A stretch of DNA of 64,000 bases from Psilocybe cubensis (taxonomy: Eukaryota). Every line of letters begins with the position of its first letter. Positions within the stretch are counted from its first letter, which is position 1. Location: assembly GCA_017499595.2 (NCBI GenBank), contig CM039010.1:1612001-1676000 (forward strand), given 5' to 3'. Of the stretch, positions 54,270-64,000 are shown piece by piece. Position numbers and translations under genes: made by a program. The notes below the pieces were generated by a model. It made no database searches, was not told the origin of the DNA, and saw only the letters and a list, made by a program, of their open reading frames with translations.

Positions 54270-55560
54270 TCATTTCGACAGGTTATAGTTGCCTATGTTC
54301 CGGGAAGACTTAAAAAATTTTGGGGTCCATGCAGGGATATTATGCCGCGGTGTTTTTGCCTCTTCGACAACGTGTTGGTACATTCTGGGTATCAGGTGAA
54401 AAAAAGACAAGGTGGAGCAACACTGAGTTGGCAACCGCTGACCATGTCTGGTGATTTTCTGGAGCATCTCGAGAGTCGCACAGGACAACACTTCGCCGGC
54501 GCCTCGAGGTACGTACAATTGAAAATTAAAAATCTTTTTGTCTCTCTTGTGCCCGGCGCTGAATTGGTTCCAATCTAAGTCCTTTTTTAAAATGAAATAA
54601 CGGCCACCCCACCGTTTCTTCTCCGATGAGGACAAAGGGACCCTTTCATGGAAAGGTTGACAATTAAGGCACCTTGTGTCAGCGTCTTATCGTACATATC
54701 ATATCCCATGTGTAGTAGACAAGTACCCCTCCCTCGGCCATCGATATCGATAATCAGGAATGGCCTAACTCGGTGGCACCAGCCTGAGAGAAATTGTGTT
54801 CATTTGTTCTATCAATTTGCCTGGTGAGGTCAAACAGAAGGGAGCGGCAGCCCTCTAGGTATCCAGTGAGCCTCTTGCTGGAACGTGGTCGCTATTCTAG
54901 TGGCGATCGTTTTCTCATCATCCCTTCGAATCATGAGGACTTAGTGTTAGGATGACGCAGAACAATCAGAAAAACAGAAAGATCCACAGTAGCAACCTTG
55001 ACTTTTCTAGCAATCATTTCTGTGAGGAGGCGAAGTAGGGCCAGTGTTTCATCAATCAAAAGATGTGTAAGTTTTTACGGTGCTTCTCTCGGAGGTTTTG
55101 TAGGATGAATTTTACTTGAAGACAGAAAAAGAAGGCTTCATACCTGATTGTAGACTTATAAACCCCCCCAGTCCCAGTCAGGGTGTACGAAACCCACGAC
55201 ATGATTTGAACATGGTCCCCACTGGGCGTGGAGATTGACGGTCTCCACGTCGTTGTCCAGCGCCCAGTAAAGCACTGTCGTCGGATTTGGACAAGCTTGA
55301 AAGACCTTGTCAATTCCCATCGGATCCAGGCCCGACAACTAGATTGTCGAGAGCGATCAAGACACCGTTATGTTCCTCGATTTCCGGGGTCGCCCTGATT
55401 TATTGGTAGGCGTCAGCGACATTTGAACTTGAAGCTTGAGCTTTCGAGGGAAGATTCATTTGCTAAATCCCCTTGTATACGGAATCCATCTCCACATCAT
55501 GCATCAAGGCCGACTTGCCCCGCAGGTCATAGGTAGCGATTAAGAGCATGTCGAACTCAG
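54270..55560 (-). pseudogene. Possible degenerate coding relic of unknown family
   Basis: Protein-like fragments broken by stops and frameshifts: EFDMLLIATYDLRGK...*...IALDNLVV; DPMGIDKVFQACPNPTTVLYW...DWDWGGL*VYNQ followed by a gtatga donor; RWGGRYFILKKDLDWNQF. Confidence 0.3.
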
Positions 55561-55980
55561 GCTGAGGGACCTACTACACTTACAACACACCAAACGCGCA
55601 AATGACCAAGATTGAGACTTTTTATGCATGTGAGTGCTGGCAGTCGACTGTTAGACCCGAGCCTTTGATGGTGACGAACCAGTGACCTGCCAGCAATTTC
55701 ACTCTCAAGGTAACAGTTGTCCATTGAGATGCCACGAATGAGTGTGTAAGACATTCTGACCAGTGCATTTTGAAGAAGAATCAAGCTCAAGACTTTGTAT
55801 TTGGGCTTTCAAACGGAGCACCCAGCCAGCACGGATGACGGTCAAGAGCAAAGAGGAGATTCGGCGGTATCGGGATTATGCAGACCCGGAGATATTTACC
55901 CGAAAGAGATAACTTTGTCGAGTCAAAGATTCAAAAATTGATCTCTCTGTTAATCTCTACCAACTACTTTCCCCCAAACG

Positions 55981-57898
55981 ATGAAATACTTCTCAACGCG
56001 CGGAGGAGACGAGAGGCTGTCTTTCGAAGAGGTCAATCCTGCACGAACGTATTCATAATGCGCACATCTGTAACGATACTTTGCCACAGACTGTCCTCAC
56101 CGGTCTCGCCCCTAACGGTGGTTTATATATTCCAGAATCCATTCCGTCGTTGCCTGCAGACTGGAAAACAAAATGGAGTTCGTACTCCTTCGTTGATCTC
56201 TCTGTAGCAGTGCTATCGCTGTACATTTCCCAAGACGAGATCTCGACGGCTGAACTCCGGTCGCTCGTCGAGAAATCATACGCCACGTTCCGTCATCCCG
56301 ACGTTACGCCTCTGAAAAAGTTAGACGACAAAACGTTTGTTTTGGAGCTTTTCCATGGTCCTACATTCGCATTCAAAGATGTCGCGCTGCAACTCCTTGG
56401 CAATCTGTTCGAGTTCTTCCTGCTCCGACGGAATGCGCGCAAGGCTCCTGGAGAAAAGCAGGAGAAACTAACTGTTGTCGGTGCGACGAGCGGGGACACC
56501 GGAAGGTGTGTACAAATACCTTTTACCATTGATCTACGCTCAATTATCGTTTTTACATCTTAGTGCCGCGATCTATGGTCTCCGAAACAAGGCAAATGTA
56601 TCCATATTCATCCTCCATCCCAAAGGCCGAGTTTCTCCCATCCAAGAGGCCCAAATGACCACAGTTACAGATGACAACGTGCATAATGTCGCTGTAAAAG
56701 GCACCTTCGATGATTGCCAGGCCAGTTTGCACTTCATCCCGATATATTTCCAGCCAACTGACACCAACACACCAAAATTAGGATATCGTTAAAGCTCTCT
56801 TTGCCAACAAAGAATTTAATGCCAAACACCGACTGGGCGCTGTCAACTCCATTAACTGGGCCCGTATTCTTGCCCAAACCGTCTATTACTTCCTTTCCTA
56901 TTTTAACTTCCAAGCCCAATTGCCCAGTGGAACGACTGATGTAGAACTGCAATATGTGGTCCCCACAGGCAACTTTGGCGACATACTCGCTGGATATTAT
57001 GCCAAGAGGATGGGTCTGCCCATAGGGAAGCTCGTTGTCGCTACCAATGCCAACGACATCCTAGCCCGTTTCTGGAAGAGCGGTAAATACGAAAAGGTCG
57101 ATTCGTCGGTATCACACGGCGAGGGCGCAACTGCGCCTGTGGAAGGTTCATCTGATGGCAAGCAGGCGACTGATGCCAGCGGCGTTAAGGAAACTCTGAG
57201 TCCCGCGATGGATATCCTTGTATCGAGCAACTTCGAGCGTCTTCTTTGGTATCTCGCCTTCGAACACGCCGAAGGCTCGACGGATGCAGAGAAGAAAGCC
57301 GCCGCTTCGAAAACTTTGGATGGATGGATGAGCCACATGAAGAGCAATGGACGCGTCGAGGTTCCAATTCCGGTGTTGGAGACCGCTCGTAAAGATTTCA
57401 TCGCTGAAAGAATATCCGATGACTTGGTATTGATATTAATTTCAGTTCCTTCTTCCACGCCATTCTGATGCATTCTTTCCAGACTCTTCAAACCATCAAA
57501 TCATTCTTCGAAGGCGAAACATCATATGTTGCGGACCCTCATACCGCCGTAGGCTTGGCCACTGCTCGTCGCATTGCCCCTGCAAAGTAAGCTTTTTGTT
57601 CTTGTTTACTGCCCCCATCACTAATAACTCATCTTTACCAAGCTCACCGAACGTGTACCAAATCGTTCTATCAACCGCTCATCCAGCTAAATTCTCTGAG
57701 GCCGTCTCACGCGCCCTGGAAGGATCCCCAAGCTTCAACTTCGATCGCGACGTCCTGCCAAAGGAATTCCATGGTCTATTGGACAAAGAGAAGCGGGTCA
57801 TTGATGTCGAACGCGCAGACATCGAGCTCGTCAAAGCCGTCATTGAAAAGGTTGCAGAGAAGGAAGGAGCCAGCAAGGAAATTGCTGGGAGTGTGTAG
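55981..57898 (+). CDS. THR4: Threonine synthase
   Basis: MKYFSTRG, GLAPNGGLYIP, PLP-lysine motif ELFHGPTFAFKDVALQ, GATSGDTG, NSINWARI, VVPTGNFGD, SPAMDILVSSNFERLL, DPHTAVG, STAHPAKF. Confidence 0.97.
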
Positions 57899-58068
57899 TG
57901 GATATTAGAGACAAGTCCACAAGTCGAAGGAACGCGAAAGTAAATGTATCAACATCTTAATAGCAACAAAATCTAGCCAACCGAGTGTGTAGTGTGAACG
58001 ATAGTCTTACTTGAGGAGAAATACAAACAATAAGTTACAAACTCCCACAGGTACATGTGCAAAAACGT

Positions 58069-58616
58069 TTAAGTCTTCGTGATGATGAAGACTGGTATAT
58101 ACGATGCAAGTAGAGCAGAGAAGCACAATCTACATGATCGAAAAAGGAGTCCGCAAGTCAGTTGGAGCAAAGAACCAACAAGGTTGCAATAACATACGCC
58201 AGGTTAGACCATCCTGAGTTTCCGTCCTTGGAACGCATAGGGTGCGCATTCAGCGTCGTGCTGATACCAAACAACACTGAAGGCCAGGCCAAATATCTGA
58301 AAAGACGTATCCAATCCCAAACGGCAGGGGGTTGTCAGTCGACGTATACCGATACGTATCATGTTAATAGACGCACCGGTTACGAGTTACCATAATGAGG
58401 CCAGACAAGAACATTCCGGAGGTCGATAGACCATCTAAAACACGTAAAAATCTACGTTAGTCACCCGGAATTCGAAAGCGTCGACCCAAGGTGAATATTG
58501 GGGCACAGCGAAGTTCTTGTTCTGAACGAACCTGATGACTCCCGGAACCAGGTTTTAGGGGTGGTATAAGGAACCTCTAAAGATGCATCACGGGGGTCGT
58601 CTTTAATGGTAGACAT
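58069..58616 (-). CDS. Asterix/PAT10 (WDR83OS, UPF0139)-like small ER membrane protein, 100 aa, 4 exons
   Basis: Exons 58616-58532, 58434-58377, 58296-58198 and 58129-58069 give MSTIKDDPRDASLEVPYTTPKTWFRESSDGLSTSGMFLSGLIMVTRNRYLAWPSVLFGISTTLNAHPMRSKDGNSGWSNLALCFSALLASYIPVFIITKT*. The DPR...Y, GM..S..LM, AW and SA..SY pattern matches Asterix. Confidence 0.8.
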
Positions 58617-59255
58617 TACAATACAGGATAGTTTGGTGAGGGATAGAAATGGCTTCAAAGACAGGACCGGTTATGGAGTTGTCAGGAGTAGAATTACTGT
58701 ACCACCAAAATGAGAAGGCATTGGCAAACACAGTCAAACTTCTGACCGGCCCGACATTCCGCATGGTGTTCAGTAGATGCATCTCTTGCTCTTGCCGCTA
58801 ACACCTTTTGCTATCGCAATAGACTCAACATGGGTACCCTATGACCTCTGCCTTCTTTAACGATAAAGTTCTGAATAATATCTGCAAAACGATAAAGTAC
58901 CACGAATGACAAGATCATAACGCGACTTGCGGGACACGTTCAGGCTACCCGGAAAGCTTCATTGAACTTCAATGAAACTTGAATGAAACAGTAATAAAAT
59001 TATTGGAAGACCAGGCGGGAGAAGCAGTGGGAGTAATAAAATAGTAAGTAAACTCATCGGTTGTCTTGAGCAGTTCTTATGGGATACAAAGCGATACAGA
59101 GCTTGTAAAATGACAAGTTCCCGAACGCGATGTTGACCAAGTTGCCGGAGAGTACGAGACTTACAGAATCGCTGGAGTAATGACGCTCAGCACATGAAAT
59201 CAAATTTGAGCAATAAAGCTTCATAGATTAAAATTATGCGGCCATGGGTCATAGT

Positions 59256-60510
59256 CTAGCACTCTCCTCCAGCTACGTCGATGTCAGCGAGGCCTGGTAT
59301 ATCAGCATCCGTGTATATCCTGAATCTAGAGGCTGGAATGTCTGCAAAAGCAGCCGCGAATCTTGCATCTGTGTTGTTTGCGCCCTCGACACGGCGAATC
59401 CATGCGCACGCGATCCAATCTCCGTGTTTCCTGATGCTAAACAAATAAACTAAGTAAGGTAGAAAAACTTTTTTGAGATGTGGAATGACGTACGATTGAG
59501 CGTACACTTCTGGGTCCTTCTGGGTCGAATCGCCGATTGCCAGCCACTTCTTGTTGGGATACATACCGTTGAGGCGGTCAATGGACGCCAACTTGAACGC
59601 TTCGGTGTTACTGCTGGTAACAAACTGGATGATTTCACTGGGGTCTGCGATGGTCAGGTTCGAAGTGAAAATAGGGCCTTTCGCAGACGAATAAGTGGTA
59701 TCCAAAAAGTCGTTCAGGAATGGGTATAATTGGAAAGGGGAAGCAGTGATATACACAAATTGAGGGTCGTCGAGGGATTGTGAAAGTGAACTATAAAGCT
59801 CTGGCATGCCGGGTACTGGTTTGGGGTCATCTAGCAGAGTCGACCTGAGGAGAGCAAGCTTGTCAAGCGTGTTAGATATCTTGACTGTGTCATCGATATC
59901 TTGTAAGAGATGATTGTGTTAGCTACAAAATAAATATTTATAGGATTAAAACTATACCAGATATGACACCGAATCCCGAATCAGGAGAAGAAAACACCGA
60001 AGCTTTGACAGTTCTCGAGTTAAACAGGCCGCCCAGGGTCGCAGTCGCTTCGAATTCCCTTCCAGCATTACAAGCGCCCAACGACACACCGGTCTTCAAG
60101 GACATTCCCAAGTCGGATCCAGATGTTTCTCCCGTCTTCGCTTTCGCAGAACATCCGGCAATACTCACGGTGGTCGACTTGCCAGGAAGTCCAATTGCAC
60201 CTATCAGCTTGACGCGCTCTTGCAAGTTGCCCAATTTATCCCCCACATTCACGCCCAATGTAGTCAGGGCGGCCGAAAGTGCTGCAGCCAGTCCGCCCAA
60301 GTCGATTTGGCGAAGGGAGACGAAGGTTTGCAGATCTATCAACGTGTTTCCTGCATTCGCTGGGTCTGGGTATGCGGGCGAATCAAAAACGAGAATATCG
60401 TCGAGGATGCCAACTTCATCGAGTATGCCACGACCCTGAGGTGCGGTTGGAAGGCCATGGACCGTAGTGGAGAGCAGAGCAGCGCTAAAGCAGATCTTGG
60501 CCAGATGCAT
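59256..60510 (-). CDS. APP1-family phosphatidate phosphatase domain protein with a predicted signal peptide
   Basis: MHLAKICFSAALLSTTVHG signal-like N-terminus. HAD motif GVISDIDDTVKIS is split by an intron. Also PVPGMPELY, YITASPFQLYP, IGDSTQKDPEVY and WIRRV. Confidence 0.88.
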
Positions 60511-61872
60511 CGTAACGAATGTGGGGAAAAGGTTGAACCTAACGAAAGTGTGGAAGAAAAGCAAAGGGTAGCGAAACTAGCGAGGAAGCCGTATATTAGT
60601 AGTAGTTTTCTGCGGGCGGATGAAACACATGAAACTGAGACACGCACCTTCGTCCTTCACAGAAGGACCGAATGCGAAAGTAACAAGGAAAGCAGCGATG
60701 GACCGAAGAATCTTCGAGCTTTACCTTATAGTAGGGCCAATCATATCGAGCACGGTTCTGAACGGTCTTCTGAAGAACATATGGACAAAACCAACTCGGC
60801 AAGATGATCTGTGATGCATGTGTGATGGTTGCTCGCAAGAGGCATGCATCAGCACAGCTGCTGGTTTTGTCGGCATTTCAAAAGTCACAAGAATTGCAAA
60901 CTCCGTAGAGGTCAAGGTCATAACATCCCAATTGAACTGGGTCTTTGACTGGACAGAGGCCGCCAAAGTTCGAAGAAAATAACAATGGTGTGCACGTCCT
61001 TGTTTTGTGACCTGGTCGAAAGCGCGGCGCCCCGTCACATATTGAATTGCATTGGGATTTGGCGAATTCGGAGACTGTATGAATGACGATTTAAGCCTGT
61101 AGAATTGTGGCCCCGAGCAGTAGCTGCCGCCAAGACATGAGTGAAGGATAAAAGAAGGAAGACTAGAGAATCATGAGGAAATGCAAAAAAGGCCATGTCC
61201 CGTGGTCGTCTAATCACAAGACGGTAGGTGGTAACACAAGCAGAATTGTAAGAAGGAATGAGCCCTAGTAAATTTCGGGAGAGCCACACTATAGAAAAAC
61301 TGGACATCGCAATAGACTTAAAACTTGTTGTGTTCGGTGTGTAAGGAAGAGTAGTTACAAGTTGTAACCATCTTTGATGCTCTGAGAAACGGCGTATCAC
61401 CACGCCTGGTCATCTCCTAAAGGCCGATACCTGACTAAGTCCAAGATCATATTGAACGATGGATTGAAGAGTTATTTCCTGGATACAAAATCCTGCTCCA
61501 TGTTCGCCTTGTTGAAGGTTACGTGCGATTGCTTGAAATCACACATTGACATCCGGCTTCGCCAGCCTTCTTTTGATGATCTTGCTAAGTTTAGTTCCGA
61601 CTCACCTATGTAGGCAGAAAATGTTTGACAGAACGTTCACGGGAGCAAAAGGGTTTAATTCCGATGATTCTGGCCATTCTTCAAAAAAAGTTTGTTGCAA
61701 GGAAAAGGGCGATTCAAGTCGATTCTTCGAAGTGATGATGATAGAGAAAATGAAATTGTTCCCCCAGGTAGGAATGTCGAGTACAGTGCGTGAAAGCTTA
61801 CAATTGGTGTCAGGGTGATTTAGAATAGTAATACACAAACGATGTAAGAGCAAAGCAAAGCGAGAAAACATT

Positions 61873-62518
61873 CTATCGGCCGTATCTTTTGCGCGAATGT
61901 TAGTTAGCAGAAACATAGAATCCAGAGATAGGCGTACTTCTGTAATTCCCATTCGCGATTGTCTAAAGGACAAACGTTCCTCGTCTTAAGCCAGCGAGAG
62001 ATACAGTGAAAGTGGAAAGCATGCTGAAACAAAACACTTAGATGAGAGAGAATGGATTTGGATCAGTACACACATTGCAGATTCCCCAAGCTGCGTTGCA
62101 CTCCTCGCTGGTGGCCGAAACTTGATTGGCTTGACAGTCGATGCCTGTGAGGATGCAGTTGTATTAGATGAAGGTATACGCATAATCAAAACGCGATACG
62201 CACAAAGATCCATGATATGGTTCCTGCAGATCGCACAATTATCGACGACGATGTCTACGATCAAACAAACATTAGCGCCCGAGGCTCAGACGATATAATG
62301 GCGGAAGGTACCCCATGCCCACAAAGCAACAGCATTCCACTTCAAGGAGATTAAGTTAGCATTCAATTGGAAAGTATGCCAAATAGCGCCACTGTACAGT
62401 GCACAGATATGCTTACCTTCTTCACTTCAAAACGCGCTTTGCCACTGTCCTTTCCTTCCTTCTTGGATTTGGTGACAGTCTTGGTGTCTTCAGCGTCGAC
62501 ATCCATATTATCGGCCAT
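61873..62518 (-). CDS. RBX1: RING-box protein 1 (Rbx1/Roc1/Hrt1), cullin-RING ligase subunit
   Basis: Six exons give ...[40 protein letters not shown]...[42 protein letters not shown]. Confidence 0.97.
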
Positions 62519-63329
62519 GTTGAGGGAAAGGTATGAAAGAGTTTGTATTAGGGAAACCGACGATGGTGGTTGTGGAAGAAACCTAAACCCCGTGCTCAAC
62601 GCTACTGACGGCGAGGCGTAATTATAATTGAATGCTGTTGACAAACACATTGCAACTGGCTTGCCGGGGCAATGCCGGGGCGGTCCCAGGACTCAGGCAG
62701 CGTTCTTTTACTCCTCATCACAGTGCCTCATCAACATCGTTTGCTTTTCAAGCCTTGCCTTTGGCAGCATGGATCCCAGTTAGACGGACCATATCGCAAT
62801 TTGACGTTCTTACCTTCCCAACCGCTGTGTGGACAAATACATCACTGGAAAATTACACCTGGTTACGAGCAATGCTTCAGGTCGCGTCAGACGGTCAGTT
62901 AACGTCCTAAAACCGCATATACACATCTATCTGCCTCTTGAATGCAAATCTAATGTTGCGCCTTTGAGTCTGACAGCGAATTCAACATTGTTGTTCAGTT
63001 GAACCGTGTGGACCCACTATTCAGATGATTGAGCTACAACCAGTTTTCATCATGGACCTATTACTTTTGAAGTATAAAAAGAACCTGCTGCGCGTAGTTG
63101 ATTAATGGGCCTACGGCGAAACGTTGCCGTTTGAATAGACGTTCTCTGCCTTGCAGCCTTCATGTACATCACATCAGGCAAACAAGGCTATGCCTGGAAT
63201 GTCCTTGTTGTTCTCATGCTCCATAAAACTAATCAAGCCTAGCTCCACTCTAGCCCTTTACTCATATACACCCTCTTTACAGTCGTCTCCACACCTTTCA
63301 CCCTCAGCCTTAACTTTCTTTGACCAGAC

Positions 63330-63776
63330 ATGGGAGACTCAGGAGGAGATATATGCGCGATGATTTGCGGGGGCTGCTGTACGTCATGAAGTCGTGGCGC
63401 AAACGTCCAAATTAGTCGACAGTGAACTAACCAAATCTTTTTCTTTCCTCCTCTCCACAATGACACCACAGGCCTCGTTTGTTTCTCTGGCCTGGCCAAT
63501 TGGTGTAACACACGTGGGGCTTCCACCCATTCATTCCTGAAAACCCTTCCCTGATTTCTCATAGAGGCCTTTGGTTCGCGAGGATGTGGCAGAAACAGTA
63601 ACGCTGGTTGTTGCGGATCATGTTGCAACGACTCTTTCGACGAGGACAGATTTGAAGCACAGGTTCAGCGGGACCTAGAGAAGACACGAGACCCTAACGC
63701 GCCTGCAGCAAATACTGAACAACCACAGGCCACAGAGGGCATGACAACCGCGCAGAGTACGCAGGCAAAACAATAA
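63330..63776 (+). CDS. Small Cys-rich protein, 100 aa, 3 exons, absent from the ORF track
   Basis: Exons 63330-63378, 63472-63513 and 63565-63776 give MGDSGGDICAMICGGCCLVCFSGLANWCNTQAFGSRGCGRNSNAGCCGSCCNDSFDEDRFEAQVQRDLEKTRDPNAPAANTEQPQATEGMTTAQSTQAKQ*. GT-AG introns with compatible phases. Confidence 0.75.
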
Positions 63777-64000
63777 GGGCACTGACGCACAGAAATCTAT
63801 TTTTCTTTTGGGCTTTCACTTTCGTGAGCAAACATTCCACGATAATTTTCCGTGAACTAAAGAGTATGGGAGATAGTATCATATGCTCCATTTTTTACTG
63901 GTATCTGGGAAATTATGCTACGACTATACCTATTATGTCGCATATGCAAACTTCCGGGGGCGGCTGAACGCTGAATGTAACTACCGTCCTTGATTCCTGT

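Noticed and set aside
60596-61200. Signal-peptide-like ORF followed by a Cys-containing frame on the minus strand
   Set aside because: Joining them needs a frameshift and crosses a stop, and no splice sites rescue it.

Overview
Intron-rich fungal nuclear DNA. Short 50-65 nt GT-AG introns, gene content and motifs point to an Agaricomycete (mushroom-forming basidiomycete); the species cannot be fixed from the sequence. About 20 genes were reconstructed by hand: a tandem array of three CorA-like (GMN-motif) membrane protein paralogs, an ArsB/CitMHS-type transporter, an F-box-like protein, a D-lactate dehydrogenase, MCM4, an F-box/WD40 protein, a PP2C phosphatase, cohesin Scc3/STAG, threonine synthase, a signal-peptide-bearing APP1-type phosphatase, RBX1 and several hypothetical proteins. 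Two small spliced genes are almost invisible in the ORF track: an Asterix/PAT10-like protein and a 100-aa Cys-rich protein. The CorA-like array is the most unusual part. Two copies need a 2-nt micro-exon to stay in frame, one copy lost an intron plus exactly 7 codons, and the third has an in-frame TAG at a conserved Tyr. The F-box-like gene ends in a run of phase-0 mini-exons carrying a repeated SP-x3-x-D-x4-DW motif. No rRNA, tRNA, CRISPR array or intact mobile element was recognised. Gene models come from reading the sequence, not from transcript data.
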